Source: an uncultured Gemmatimonadales bacterium
Lineage (GTDB): Bacteria; Gemmatimonadota; Gemmatimonadetes; Gemmatimonadales; GWC2-71-9
NCBI GenBank assembly: GCA_963730185.1
Contig: CAVSQW010000008.1
Span: 256,001 to 320,000, forward strand
Direction: 5' to 3'
DNA: 64,000 bases
Numbering within the stretch: position 1 is the stretch's first letter; each line of letters opens with the position of its first letter. The notes beneath the pieces were generated by a model, which did not search any database, was not told the origin of the DNA, and was given only the letters and a program-made list of their open reading frames with translations. A program made the position numbers and the translations under genes. Positions 9,255 to 19,620 of the stretch are shown here, piece by piece.

Positions 9255-11060
9255 TCAGGGGGGCGTCGTGACCTGGGGAAAAGCGCGCGCGGCGTAGCGG
9301 ACGGCTCCCCCTCCGATGGTCGCCTGGACCTGGATTTCCGGGAGGGCGGTTCGGGGCACGGTGAAGGGGTCGGCGGACAGCACGACCAGGTTCGCGGGAG
9401 CCCCGGCTCGGATGGTGGGGTCGACCGGGGCTCCGTCCGGCGGGAAGTAGGTGGCGTTCATGCTCCAGGCCAGGCGTCGCGCCTCGGAGTCGGGGCGGCG
9501 CTCGCCGACGGTGCCCTTGAGGGTGAGGGTGGCCAGGAAGCCGGCCAGCGGGCCGCCCGGCCGGGTGAAGTAGTCCGATCCCTCGGCCAACGGGGCGCCC
9601 ATTCGATGGAGTCGGTCCCAGGCGTACACGCGGTCGTCGTTGGCGGCCCCGACCCGCATCGCTCCGAAGGTGGGATGGTCGGTCGGCGCGGAATTGAAGT
9701 TCGACTGGATCGAGAGCACGATCCCCAGCTTGACCGCGCGGGCGAAGTCGGGTTCGCGGGCGTAGGAGAAGTGCTCGATCCGGAGCCGCCGGGGATTGAG
9801 TCCGGGGTGGTCGGCGAGCACCCGCTGGTAGGCGTCGAGCGTCCGCTTCACCGCCTCGTCGCCGATGGCGTGGGTGGCGACTCCCAGTCCGGCGTCGAGG
9901 GCCCGCCGGGTCAGGTCGGCGATCTCGTCCGCCGTCATTCGGGGCACTCCGCTCGTGCCCGGATCGTCGGCGTACGGGTGGGTCAGCGCCGCGCCCCGGC
10001 TGCCGAGGGCACCGTCGGCGAAGAGCTTGAGGTGGGTGATCCGGATCCGCGGTGAGATGACCCGCCGGGCCGGCGGCCAGGCCAGCACCGAGTCGGCCAG
10101 CGCACTCGGGGCCGGGATCATCAGATTGATCTCGAGTGGCAGGGGGGCGGCGGAGTCCGCCCGCCGGAGCAGCGCCAGGTAGTGGAGCAAGTCGGCGTCG
10201 AGCGCGACGATCCCGGGTGGCGGGAGCACGCCGGCGTCGTACACCGTGACCACCCCACGAGCCGCCAGCGCCGCGGCGGCCAGTTGGAAGGCGTGGATCA
10301 CGTCGCTGTCGGCCGGCGGAGGGACCAGCGCGACCATGGGCTCGTTGGCCCGCTCGAGCAACACGCCGAGCGGGGTACCGTCCTGCCTTCGGGGGATGGT
10401 GCCGCCGGGCGGGTCGGGCGCCGCGGCCCACAGGCCGGCCCGCTCCAGCGCGGCGCGATTGGCCCAGCCGGCGTGGCCGTCGATCCGGGCGAGGTACACC
10501 GGGGTCGTGGGGGCGGCTCGGTTCAGCACGTCGTTGCCCGGGAGGCTCTGGGTTCCCCAGGCGGCCTGGCTCCATCCCGCGCCGAGCACCCAGCCGCCCG
10601 CCGGCACCGAATCCGCCCGGGCCTGTACCATCCGGAGCACCTCGTCGAGCGAGGTGACGCCGGTCAGGTCGAGGAGGAGCCGGCCGTGGCTCTCGTCGTT
10701 GAGCAGGGTGTAGCCCACGTCGAACAGATGGACGTGATGGTCGACGAACGCCGGCGCCACCGTGGCGCCGTGGAGGTCCAGCATCCGAGTGCCGTTCCCC
10801 TCCCACCTCGCGACCAGTGTGCTGTCGCCCACCGCGGCGATCCGGCCGTTCCGAATGGCGATGGTCGTGGCGGCCGACGCGGTCGAATCGAGGGTGACGA
10901 CGTGACCGCCGACCAGCAGGAGGTCGGCCGCAGGCCCGCCACAGCCCCCGGCGAGCACGGCGGCGACCAGCACCACCGTTCCTCGCGGACGGCCCCGGCG
11001 CGTTAGCTTCGAGCGGGCCCGTTGCCGCGGTGCCCCTGCTCTCGATCGAGGAGTTCTCAT
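9255..11060 (-). CDS. Amidohydrolase family 3 (YtcJ-like), probable lipoprotein; start uncertain
   Basis: PAFVDHHVHL, DGHAGWAN, KLFADGALGSRGAAL, THAIGD, RIEH, GSD; lipobox LAGGC. Confidence 0.88.
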   Translation of the reverse strand: MRTPRSRAGAPRQRARSKLTRRGRPRGTVVLVAAVLAGGCGGPAADLLLVGGHVVTLDSTASAATTIAIRNGRIAAVGDSTLVARWEGNGTRMLDLHGATVAPAFVDHHVHLFDVGYTLLNDESHGRLLLDLTGVTSLDEVLRMVQARADSVPAGGWVLGAGWSQAAWGTQSLPGNDVLNRAAPTTPVYLARIDGHAGWANRAALERAGLWAAAPDPPGGTIPRRQDGTPLGVLLERANEPMVALVPPPADSDVIHAFQLAAAALAARGVVTVYDAGVLPPPGIVALDADLLHYLALLRRADSAAPLPLEINLMIPAPSALADSVLAWPPARRVISPRIRITHLKLFADGALGSRGAALTHPYADDPGTSGVPRMTADEIADLTRRALDAGLGVATHAIGDEAVKRTLDAYQRVLADHPGLNPRRLRIEHFSYAREPDFARAVKLGIVLSIQSNFNSAPTDHPTFGAMRVGAANDDRVYAWDRLHRMGAPLAEGSDYFTRPGGPLAGFLATLTLKGTVGERRPDSEARRLAWSMNATYFPPDGAPVDPTIRAGAPANLVVLSADPFTVPRTALPEIQVQATIGGGAVRYAARAFPQVTTPP

Positions 11061-11097
11061 GTCAGCCGGAGTCTGCCGGTCCGGAACGGGTTCCGCA

Positions 11098-13209
11098 ATG
11101 GGGTGGGTGAGGATCCTGGCCGCGGTGCTCGCCGCCGCGGCCGGCAGTGCCGGGCCGGCCGCCGCGCAGCGGCCGGAGCCGGTGGGAGGGTTCTCCGCCG
11201 CGGCCGCGGCCCGCGAGCTCGGGGTCGAGGCCCAGCTGGCCGGCATGCTCGACGCCGACTCCACCGGAGTGGCGTTTCGTTATCTGACCGCCGAGCCGCA
11301 TCCGGCCGGGTCGGTCCGGAACCAGGCGCTGGCCGACTGGATGGCCGACCGCTTCCGGGCCTACGGCTGGGACGAGGTCCGGCTCCATCGCTACGACGTC
11401 TACCTCCCGTGGCCCGAGCATGTCCGAGTGACGATGACCGCCCCCACGCAGTTCGAGGCGACCCTGCGGGAGGACGGCTACGCCGCGGACCCCGACTCGT
11501 GGGCGCCGGTGGGCCCCACCTACCTCGGGATGTCGGCCTCCGGTGACGTCACCGGCCAACTGGTTTACGCCAACAGCGGTAACCCGGCCGACTACGACTG
11601 GCTCCAGGCTCGGGGCATCGACCTCCAGGGCAAGATCGCGATCGTCCGCTATTCGAACCCGTACAGCTACCGTGGTTTCAAGGCGTTGACCGCCCAGCGG
11701 TACGGCCTCAAGGCGGTGTTGATCTACTCCGATCCGGCGGAGGACGGGTACCGCCAGGGGCTGACCTTCCCGGACGGGCCGTGGGGTCCGGCCAGCCACA
11801 TCCAGCGGGGTTCGATCACCTATGACTTCCTGGCGGCCGGTGATCCGCTGACCCCCGGGTGGGCGTCGGTCGAGGGCGCCCGCCGGATCGCGCCGAGCGA
11901 GGCGCTGTCCGTCCCGTCGGTGATCGCGGTGCCACTCTCCGCCCGCGACGCCACGCCGATGCTCGAGGCGCTCGGCGGCCCGGTCGCCCCACCGGCCTGG
12001 CAGGGCGCCTTGCCGTTCACCTATCGCGTCGGACCCGGCGCGACGACGGTCCACGTCGACGTCAAGATGGACGACAGCACCCGGTCGATCTGGGTGGTCG
12101 AGGCGCGGCTCCGTGGGACGGAGCACCCGGACGAGCTGGTGGTGCTCGGGAACCACCGCGATGCCTGGGTGTACGGCGCCGTCGACCCGAGCAGCGGTAC
12201 CGCGACCGAGCTCGAGCTGGCCCGCACACTCGGCCGGCTGGCCCGGGATGGCCATCGCCCCCGGCGCACGATCGTGCTCGGAAGCTGGGACGCCGAGGAG
12301 TGGCACCTGACCGGCTCGACCGAGTGGGGCGAGGAGCTCGCGCCCGAGCTCGACCGCCAGGCCGTGGCTTACCTGAACGTCGACGGGTCGACCAGCGGGT
12401 CGGCCTTCCTGGCCAGCGCGGTCGCCAGCCTGAATCCGTTGATTCGGGAGGTGACCCGAGACGTGATCGACCCCAACTCACGGAAGAGCCTGCTCGAGGC
12501 GTGGCGGACGAGCGCGGGTGCGACCAACGATTCATCGCTGGTCGCCAACCGGTTGGGGAGCGGCTCCGACTACACGGTCTTTCTCAACCGGCTTGGCATC
12601 CCGGTCGCCGACCTGGCGTTCGACGGTCCCTACGGCGTCTACCACTCCGTCTACGACGACTACTACTGGATGACCCATTTCGGCGATCCCGGGTTCCGCT
12701 ACATGACGGCGATGGCGGAGGTGTGGGGTCGGATGGCGCTCCGGTTGGCCAACGCCGAGATCCTGCCCTACGACTATTCGGGGTACGCGGTCCGGGTGGG
12801 GCGATTCGTCGACCAACTCGCGGCGCTCCCCGAGGTGACGTCGCACCTCGACCTGGCCCCGGCCCGGGCCGGGTTGGCCCGATGGCGAGCGGCCGCGGCC
12901 CGCGCCGACGCGCTCAGGAACCGGCTCCTGTCGTCCTCGACGCCCGATCCGGTCCGGGTCGGCCGGATGAACGACGCCCTCCGGGTGGTGGAGCGGCAAT
13001 GGCTCCTGCCCGACGGTCTGCCGGGCCGGCCGTGGTTCCGGCACGCGCTCTACGCCCCCCGGCCGACGTACGCGGCGATGGAGCTGCCGGGCGTCCGGGA
13101 GGCGGTCGAGGCGGGCGATTGGGCCCGCGCGGGGCGCGAGCTCGCGGCCCTCACGGCTCGGATCGAGGCGGTCGCGGAGGCGGTCGACGCGGCGGTGGAG
13201 TCGCGATGA
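11098..13209 (+). CDS. M28 peptidase, glutamate carboxypeptidase II / transferrin-receptor-like
   Basis: Signal peptide; PA domain (LIYSDPAEDG, IQRGS); GNHRDAW, GAVDPSSGTA, WDAEE, LGSGSDY, YHSVYD; C-terminal GLPGRPWFRH. Confidence 0.92.
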   Translation: MGWVRILAAVLAAAAGSAGPAAAQRPEPVGGFSAAAAARELGVEAQLAGMLDADSTGVAFRYLTAEPHPAGSVRNQALADWMADRFRAYGWDEVRLHRYDVYLPWPEHVRVTMTAPTQFEATLREDGYAADPDSWAPVGPTYLGMSASGDVTGQLVYANSGNPADYDWLQARGIDLQGKIAIVRYSNPYSYRGFKALTAQRYGLKAVLIYSDPAEDGYRQGLTFPDGPWGPASHIQRGSITYDFLAAGDPLTPGWASVEGARRIAPSEALSVPSVIAVPLSARDATPMLEALGGPVAPPAWQGALPFTYRVGPGATTVHVDVKMDDSTRSIWVVEARLRGTEHPDELVVLGNHRDAWVYGAVDPSSGTATELELARTLGRLARDGHRPRRTIVLGSWDAEEWHLTGSTEWGEELAPELDRQAVAYLNVDGSTSGSAFLASAVASLNPLIREVTRDVIDPNSRKSLLEAWRTSAGATNDSSLVANRLGSGSDYTVFLNRLGIPVADLAFDGPYGVYHSVYDDYYWMTHFGDPGFRYMTAMAEVWGRMALRLANAEILPYDYSGYAVRVGRFVDQLAALPEVTSHLDLAPARAGLARWRAAAARADALRNRLLSSSTPDPVRVGRMNDALRVVERQWLLPDGLPGRPWFRHALYAPRPTYAAMELPGVREAVEAGDWARAGRELAALTARIEAVAEAVDAAVESR

Positions 13210-13223
13210 GCGACTAAGCGAGG

Positions 13224-13268
13224 TTTCGTCCGACCTTCACGGGCGCGTCACGGCCTCCCCGCCATGTT
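13224..13268 (+). promoter_or_regulatory. Tandem 11-bp-period boxes plus -10-like element upstream of cytochrome c peroxidase
   Basis: TTTCGT-ccgac-CTTCAC-gggcg-CGTCAC-N11-CATGTT. Confidence 0.5.
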
Positions 13269-13327
13269 GGTCCCATGGGTGGGCCGGCCGCGCAGGGGCG
13301 CGGGGCATTTGCCCGGTTGGAGGCTCC

Positions 13328-14365
13328 ATGCGAAATCCGGTTCTGTTGGTCGTCGGCGTCGCGGCGCTGGTCGGGTGCTCCCCGGCGCCGAAGCCCACCT
13401 CCGCATCGTCATCACTCCTTCCCGCCCTGACCGATCAGGTGAGCCCTGCGTCGTTGGCGGCGTTCGCCCCGCTTCCGGCCTCGATGCCGTCGGCGGACAA
13501 TCCGGTCACCGCCGCCAAGGTGGATCTCGGCCGGCGGCTCTACTACGAAACCCTCCTCTCCCGAAGCCACGACGTCTCCTGCAACTCGTGTCACGGGCTC
13601 AACGCGTACGGAGCGGATGGCCGGCGGTTCAGCTTGGGCGACGAAGGGCAGCCCGGGGGCCGGAACGCCCCGAGCGTGTACAATGCGGCCGGGCACGTGG
13701 CCCAGTTCTGGGACGGCCGGGCGGCGACGGTCGAGGAGCAGGCCAAGGGGCCGATCCTCAATCCGGCGGAGATGGGGATGCCAGCCCCGGAAGCGGTCCT
13801 CGAGCATCTCCGGGCCGACCCGTCATACGTCGCGATGTTCCGGAGGGCGTTCCCGGGCGCGGCTAACCCGGTGACCTACGACAACCTGGGCCGGGCGATC
13901 GGCGCGTTCGAGCGGGGGCTGGTGACCCCGTCGCGCTTCGATCGGTTCCTCGCGGGAGACCGGTCCGCGCTCACCGCCGAGGAGCGGATCGGGCTCAATA
14001 CCTTCGTCGCCGCGGGATGCGTGGGGTGCCACAACGGGGCCTTCGTGGGCGGACAGATCTACAACCGGCTGGGCGTGGTCGAGCCGTGGCCGAACCAGGC
14101 CGACCAGGGCCGGGCGGCCGTGACCAAGCGGGCCGCCGACGCCATGGTGTTCAAGGTGGCGTCGCTCCGGAACGTGGCGATGACGGCGCCCTACTTCCAC
14201 GACGGGTCGGTCAGCGATCTGAACGAGGCGGTGCGGCTGATGGGCAAGTACCAGCTGGGGCGCGAGCTCACCGGGCCGGAGATCACCGCGATCGTGGCCT
14301 ACCTCAAGAGCCTGACCGGGGTGATCCCGACCGAGTACATCGCCTACCCGGCGCGACCCAACTGA
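13328..14365 (+). CDS. Diheme cytochrome c peroxidase (CCP/MauG family), lipoprotein
   Basis: Lipobox LVGC; CNSCH and CVGCH; RNAPSVYNA, QFWDGRA, NPAEM, FKVASLRNVAMTAPYFHDGS. Confidence 0.93.
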   Translation: MRNPVLLVVGVAALVGCSPAPKPTSASSSLLPALTDQVSPASLAAFAPLPASMPSADNPVTAAKVDLGRRLYYETLLSRSHDVSCNSCHGLNAYGADGRRFSLGDEGQPGGRNAPSVYNAAGHVAQFWDGRAATVEEQAKGPILNPAEMGMPAPEAVLEHLRADPSYVAMFRRAFPGAANPVTYDNLGRAIGAFERGLVTPSRFDRFLAGDRSALTAEERIGLNTFVAAGCVGCHNGAFVGGQIYNRLGVVEPWPNQADQGRAAVTKRAADAMVFKVASLRNVAMTAPYFHDGSVSDLNEAVRLMGKYQLGRELTGPEITAIVAYLKSLTGVIPTEYIAYPARPN

Positions 14366-14369
14366 GCGG

Positions 14370-16079
14370 TCAGAAGCCGCCCCCGCCGCCGCCGCCTCCG
14401 CCTCCGCCCGAGGACCCGCCGCTGAACCCGGAGCCCCCCGAGCTCCGGGGCGACGAGGCCATCGTGGAGCTGGCCTTGGTCGCCATGGCGCTCAGCCGGG
14501 TCGAGAAGGTAGCAGCGTTGAAGGCCTGGTAGCCGGCGGCCCCGGCGTACCAGCGGGGCGGCTCCAGCGCCATGCTCTCGAAGGCCTTGGCCCACTTCTT
14601 CTCGACCCCGAAGGCCATTGCGAAGGGGAGGAACTTCTCGAACATGTCCGGCGTCCGGACGAAGTTCCTGAGCCGGTCGCCCTCGGTCCGGCCTAGGAAC
14701 TCCTCGAACCCCAGCACCTGCTCGAGCGTCCGGGCGCCGCGGACGGTCCGGGCCGGCATGACCAGCCCGAACCCTCCGACGATCGAGGCGGAGATGATCC
14801 CGGCCAGGACGAACGGCAGCGGGGTCATGGAGAGACGGGCGGCGAGGGCCCCGCCCCCACCGACCGCCAGCAGGCCGCCCAGGAACACGGCGCCGACCAT
14901 CCAGCGAGCCTTCACGTTATCGGGCCGCGCCCGGTAGAAGCGGCGGTCGAGCAGCCGGTCGAAGATCGCGTTCTTGATGCCGGTGAGGCTCTTGTAGAAC
15001 TCGTTCTCGAGGTCGGACAGGGCGACCGTCGAGCGGCCCCCGAAGACGCCGTCGAGCACCCGCTTCTCGTGCTCCTGGAGAGCGTCCCACTCGCTCTCCG
15101 GCTTGAGGCGGTGGAAGGTGAAGTCCCGGTCCTTGATCAGCCCGAAGAGCTTCGCGTCCTCGGTCTCCTCGATCTTGAGGTAGCCCTTCACGGCCAGATC
15201 GACGAGCGTGGCGGTGATGTCCCGCATGTCGGCCGAGTTGTCGATCAAGGTGCCGGCCTCGCCCGGCGTGAGCTGGTCGGGCGGATCGTACTGCACGGTG
15301 ATCGGGAGCTGGCGGGGGTCGCGACCCTTGGCCCGCCAGATCGCGAACATCCCGAAAAAGATCGGAATGGGAAGGAACAGGGGCCAGTTGGCCGCCGCGA
15401 AGTCGCCCGCGCGCGCGAGCGCGGTCGGCTGGCGCACCAGGCCCTTGTCCCAGCCCACCACGGCCGTCATGCCTTCGTGAAACGCCAGCGCGTGGGGCAT
15501 GGTGACCTGGACCGACGGACCGTCGATCGCCACCGAGGCGTCCTGGGCCGTGGACCCGTAGGCGCCGTTGAAGGCGATGGCGCGCACCCCGCTGGCCTTG
15601 GCGGGAAGCCGGATCTGGGCGCTGACCGCCTCGATCGGAACGTCCCACTCGTCACCGGTGACGTTCCAGTAGAGCTCGTCGTGCTCGTCGAAGAAGCGGA
15701 GCGCGTTGGTGGCGCGGTAGTGAATGACGACCGTCTTGACCGCGTCCTGGGCGCCCGGGATCCAGATCTTGAGCTTGAGGTAGTGGCGCTCCCGGCTCTG
15801 GTCGGTCCGGAGCGCGTTGCCCTGGCCGTCGGTCACGCTCAAGAGGCTGAACCGGATGGTCCAATTGAAGCCTTGGGGGGTGTGGTAGTCCACCGGGATG
15901 GTGCGGTAGAGCCCGTTCCAGGAGCCGGTGAACTTGGGGACGATGGTCTCGGTGACGTCGATGGTCGCGTTGGTGTCGACCACGATGGCGGCGTCGAATC
16001 GCTGAATCACGAGCGACCGACCCTGGGCCGCGAGCGATCCGGGCAGGGCCGCGAGGACAGCCAGCAGCCGGGCCCTCAC
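14370..16079 (-). CDS. DUF2207-family membrane protein
   Basis: GTGA overlap with lemA stop; DELYWNVTGDEWDVPI, LVDLAVKGYL, FEKFLPFAMAFGV; Gly/Ser-rich tail. Confidence 0.88.
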   Translation of the reverse strand: MRARLLAVLAALPGSLAAQGRSLVIQRFDAAIVVDTNATIDVTETIVPKFTGSWNGLYRTIPVDYHTPQGFNWTIRFSLLSVTDGQGNALRTDQSRERHYLKLKIWIPGAQDAVKTVVIHYRATNALRFFDEHDELYWNVTGDEWDVPIEAVSAQIRLPAKASGVRAIAFNGAYGSTAQDASVAIDGPSVQVTMPHALAFHEGMTAVVGWDKGLVRQPTALARAGDFAAANWPLFLPIPIFFGMFAIWRAKGRDPRQLPITVQYDPPDQLTPGEAGTLIDNSADMRDITATLVDLAVKGYLKIEETEDAKLFGLIKDRDFTFHRLKPESEWDALQEHEKRVLDGVFGGRSTVALSDLENEFYKSLTGIKNAIFDRLLDRRFYRARPDNVKARWMVGAVFLGGLLAVGGGGALAARLSMTPLPFVLAGIISASIVGGFGLVMPARTVRGARTLEQVLGFEEFLGRTEGDRLRNFVRTPDMFEKFLPFAMAFGVEKKWAKAFESMALEPPRWYAGAAGYQAFNAATFSTRLSAMATKASSTMASSPRSSGGSGFSGGSSGGGGGGGGGGGF

Positions 16080-16633
16080 GATCCGGACTCCAGGCCCAAC
16101 TGGGGCACCGCGCGGTCGCCGGTGTCGATCCCGAAGAACTCGCGGGGCCGGAATCCGAGGGGACCGGCGATGAGATTGGCGGGGAACTGCGCGATCCGGG
16201 TGTTCAGGTCGCGGACCACCGCGTTGTAGTACCGGCGGGCGTTCTGGATATTGTCCTCGACCTCGCTCAGGCCCTTCTGGAGCTCGAGAAAGCTGGCCGC
16301 CGCCTTGAGGTCCGGATACGACTCGGCCAGCGCGATGAGCCGCCCGACCTGCTGCCCGAGATCTTCTTCGGTCCGGCCGGCGTCGGCCGGACCGCTCGCT
16401 CGCATCGCCTGGTTCCGAGCCGAAACGACCGACTCCAGGGTGCCTTTCTCGTACCCGGCGTGGCCCTTGACCGCCGCGACGAGGTTGGGCACCAGGTCGT
16501 GGCGTCGCTTGAGCTGCACGTCGATGTCGGCCCACGCATTGTCGGCCAGCAGGCGGAGCTGGGCGAGCGAGTTGTAGATCAGGGCGATGCCCAGCCCCAG
16601 CGCGGCGAGAACGACGATCGAGACGAGCCCCAT
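16076..16633 (-). CDS. lemA: LemA family protein
   Basis: N-terminal TM; NAWADIDVQLKRRHDLVPNLV, AESYPDLKA, ARRYYNAVVRDLN, FPANLIA. Confidence 0.95.
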   Translation of the reverse strand: MGLVSIVVLAALGLGIALIYNSLAQLRLLADNAWADIDVQLKRRHDLVPNLVAAVKGHAGYEKGTLESVVSARNQAMRASGPADAGRTEEDLGQQVGRLIALAESYPDLKAAASFLELQKGLSEVEDNIQNARRYYNAVVRDLNTRIAQFPANLIAGPLGFRPREFFGIDTGDRAVPQLGLESGS

Positions 16634-16693
16634 GCGCTTACCTCCAGTCGCGGCTCGAAAGAGCCGGGTCGGTGCCGGCCCCTCCGGCGTGCC

Positions 16694-17122
16694 TCAGCCG
16701 GCCAGCACGGCGTCGAGCGTGATCGGAACGCTGGCCAGCGCTTTGGACACCGGGCAGCCCGCCTTGGCCTCATTGGCGATCCGGGCAAAATCGCCGGGGC
16801 TTACGCCGGGAACCACGGCTTTGGTGGCGAGATCGATGCCGACGATCGCGAAGCCCGCGTCGGTCCGGTCGAGGTGGACCACCGCCTTGGTCTCGATGCT
16901 GGTCGGAGGATGGCCGGCCTGCGACAGCGCGTTGGCGAACGCCATCGAGAAGCAGCCGGCGTGGGCCGCGCCGATCAGCTCCTCCGGGTTGGTGCCGGGC
17001 GCCTGCTCGAAGCGGGACCCGAACGAGTACTTGCCCTCGAACGCCCCGCTGCCGAGGCGCATGGTGCCGTTGCCGTCTTTGAGGGTGCCTTCCCAGCGGG
17101 CATTGGCAGTGCGATCGATCAC
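16694..17122 (-). CDS. osmC: OsmC family peroxiredoxin
   Basis: GTNPEELIGAAHAGCFSMA and AKAGCPVSKAL two-Cys motifs. Confidence 0.95.
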   Translation of the reverse strand: MIDRTANARWEGTLKDGNGTMRLGSGAFEGKYSFGSRFEQAPGTNPEELIGAAHAGCFSMAFANALSQAGHPPTSIETKAVVHLDRTDAGFAIVGIDLATKAVVPGVSPGDFARIANEAKAGCPVSKALASVPITLDAVLAG

Positions 17123-17238
17123 GTGAATCTCCGTCTCGTCTCTGGCTGGCCCGAGTGACCGGGGAGCGCCCGGCCAGCCAGGGCGGACCTCCCCGCGAGG
17201 TGGTGCCGGTGGCCCGCGCTGGGGCGGGCCGCGCGGCG

Positions 17239-18786
17239 CTACGGGATCGCGTCGTACATCGCAGCCGCGATGTCGCCGGCGGCCTGCCCGACGAGCTCTT
17301 GGAACTGCGATGGCTTCGACACCTTGATCCGGTTGAGGTAGATGGCGAACGCGAGCTGGTGGCCGGCCCGCGTGGTCATGTATCCTGCCAGCCCCTTGCC
17401 TTGGACGATCCAGCCGCGATTCAGCAGGTCCTGATCCACGAAGGTGCCAGTCTTGGCGAACACGTGGCCCGCGGCCGGAGCGTCCACCGAGATCTTGGCC
17501 AGGGTCCCGTCGCGGCCCAGAATCGGCAGACCGTGTTTGAAAGCGGCGAAGGTCGGCTGGGTGGCCATCCAGCGGAGATAGCTCACCATGAAGTTCGGCG
17601 AGAAGAGGGCCGCGCCGCCGGCGCCGTCGCTCTGCACCGCTCCGGTCAGGTCGAGCCCGGCCTTCGCCAGCATCTCGTGCTCGAGGTCGAAGCCGGCCTG
17701 GATCCCGGTGGCCCCCTTCAGCACCGCGCCAAGAACATAAGGCATCATGCTGGCGTGGAGATTCTGACTGACCTTGAGGATCACTTTGGCGGCCTCCCGG
17801 AACGGCAGCGAAACGTGCTCCGCCACCACCTGGGCGGAGTCGTAGGCCGTCGGGAATGCCGGCCTCGTCCGCGATGCCGGGGCCGCGGTCACGCCGGAGT
17901 CCGCCAAGGCACGCCGGAGACCCGCCGCCAGGAAGCGATCGGGCTCGGGCACCTTGTATCCCAACATCCCGGGCGTGCCCCCCAGCCGCTTGGTGCCGCT
18001 CAGGACGATGGTCCGAGACCCGTCGGGGTTGAGGCTATCGGCGGTGATGTCGCCGTCGGTCGTGGAATCGGCCGGCACGGTGACTAGTCGGTTCACCACG
18101 TGCACGTAGGGCGTCTCCGGCAGGATGGTCAGCCGGGCCGGCGCGCCGGGGCGGTCTCCGGGCGCGGCGATGATGTCCACGATGTTGTCGTTCAGCACCG
18201 CCGGCGAGATCATCACCCCGGTGCCGAGCTCGCGCTCGTTGGCGTCGAACAGACGGGCATCCACCAGCACCCGTCCGGTAATCCGCCGGATGCCGTGGCG
18301 CTTGACCTGGCCCGCCAGCTCGCGCATGACCGCCAGGGGATCGCCGGGGACCAGGTCGGTCGCCGGATCGCTGCCGTAGGAATGGTCTTCGTTGACGAAG
18401 AGGAGCGAGTCTCCGCTGATCCGGTCGGAGAGGTTGGGGTCGCCGCTGGCGACGAGGATCAGGTCGCCCCGGAGCGTGCCCTGCACGACGGGCCCGGTGC
18501 GGTAGACCTTGGTGTGAAAGCGATAGTCCGCGCCGAGCAGGTTGAGTGCCGTGCCGACCGTGAGGAGCTTGGTGGTCGATCCGGGGACGAAGAGCTGGTC
18601 GCCGTTCCGGACGTAGTAGGTGGTGTCCCGGTCGAGCGATTCGACTTTGACGCCGATCACGGCGCCCTTGAACTCCGGTCGGTCGGCGATCCGATCGATT
18701 CGCTGGGCGAGCGAGGGGGCCTGGGCGATGGCGCTATGAGCAAGCAGGAGGCCGGTGAGTCCGGCCCACCATGCGCGGTGGATCAT
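17239..18786 (-). CDS. dacB: D-alanyl-D-alanine carboxypeptidase/endopeptidase (peptidase S13, PBP4)
   Basis: Signal peptide; PGSTTK (SxxK), SGDPNL, KVSQN (SxN), AKTGT (KTG). Confidence 0.9.
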   Translation of the reverse strand: MIHRAWWAGLTGLLLAHSAIAQAPSLAQRIDRIADRPEFKGAVIGVKVESLDRDTTYYVRNGDQLFVPGSTTKLLTVGTALNLLGADYRFHTKVYRTGPVVQGTLRGDLILVASGDPNLSDRISGDSLLFVNEDHSYGSDPATDLVPGDPLAVMRELAGQVKRHGIRRITGRVLVDARLFDANERELGTGVMISPAVLNDNIVDIIAAPGDRPGAPARLTILPETPYVHVVNRLVTVPADSTTDGDITADSLNPDGSRTIVLSGTKRLGGTPGMLGYKVPEPDRFLAAGLRRALADSGVTAAPASRTRPAFPTAYDSAQVVAEHVSLPFREAAKVILKVSQNLHASMMPYVLGAVLKGATGIQAGFDLEHEMLAKAGLDLTGAVQSDGAGGAALFSPNFMVSYLRWMATQPTFAAFKHGLPILGRDGTLAKISVDAPAAGHVFAKTGTFVDQDLLNRGWIVQGKGLAGYMTTRAGHQLAFAIYLNRIKVSKPSQFQELVGQAAGDIAAAMYDAIP

Positions 18787-18991
18787 TCGAGACACTCCGT
18801 TTCGAGGGTGCTCGTGAAGGGTAGCCGCGCCGTGCTGGTGTCGCCACGCCTTGGGGTCGGGCGGGCGGGTCATACCTGAGGTTGTCCCTCCAGCGGTCTG
18901 GTCGTCCAACCGGGGCTCGCGAGCAGAGGCCGAGTCTGGGCCCGCGCTGCCCACCGGCCGACCCACGCCGCCGATCGGCCCGCCTCCCCGG

Positions 18992-19471
18992 TCACCCGAT
19001 CGTCAGCACGCCGGTCGATGCGTTGTAGGCCGTGGGGTAGGAGCGCATGTTGCCGGTTGGTTGCCCGCCGATCCAGTGTCCGGTCTCGTCGAACTGAGCT
19101 CCATGCACGGTACACCGGAAGCCGCTCGCGTAGCTGTTGATCTGGCCGCCATAGTGCGGGCAGATCCGCGAGAGCGCGACGAACGTGTCCGACCCGGTCC
19201 GGACCACGGCCAGCGGGCTGTTCCCGGCGCTGACGTACGCCACCCCGCCGACGGTGGCCAGGGTCGGGTAGTCCGTCAAGCTGAGCGTCAACGAGACATT
19301 GTTCGGCGCGGTCGGAATACCGGGGAGGGCGCAGGCCGCGAGGGTGACGCTGGCCACGACCGCGCCGCATCGGACCAGGAACACTCGCCGCGAGAGGGCG
19401 TCCGCCACCCAACTGTCGTCGCCGGCGGCGGGCTGTCCCGCCTGGCACGCGCAGCGATGAGATTCGGTCAT
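18992..19471 (-). CDS. Small Rieske [2Fe-2S] protein with Tat lipoprotein signal
   Basis: SRRVFL twin-arginine motif, lipobox LAAC; CPH...CTVHGAQF Rieske ligands; RBS AAGGAG. Confidence 0.88.
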   Translation of the reverse strand: MTESHRCACQAGQPAAGDDSWVADALSRRVFLVRCGAVVASVTLAACALPGIPTAPNNVSLTLSLTDYPTLATVGGVAYVSAGNSPLAVVRTGSDTFVALSRICPHYGGQINSYASGFRCTVHGAQFDETGHWIGGQPTGNMRSYPTAYNASTGVLTIG

Positions 19472-19620
19472 CGGGATGAGCTCCTTTTCGAGTATCTTGC
19501 ACCGCCGGTCGGCGGAGGTCGCGACCGGGGCTGAGCGTCGTTGGCGCCCTGGAGACAAGCGTCGATGGCCGATCCCCCGACCCGGCGAGCGGTGTTCATC
19601 CGGCTGTCATCCGAAAGGGC

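Noticed and set aside
9112..10806. N-terminal extension making the Cyc2-like ORF 1024 aa (similar extensions on ORFs 1966-4665, 14370-16535, 54656-57286)
   Set aside because: The extensions overlap other real genes in another frame; true starts are marked by an RBS or stop/start overlap
14370..14450. CCG/GCC-rich repeat tract
   Set aside because: Encodes the normal Gly/Ser tail of DUF2207 proteins; not a repeat element
18790..18990. GC-rich gap upstream of dacB as a possible riboswitch or tRNA
   Set aside because: No recognisable aptamer consensus, cloverleaf or terminator
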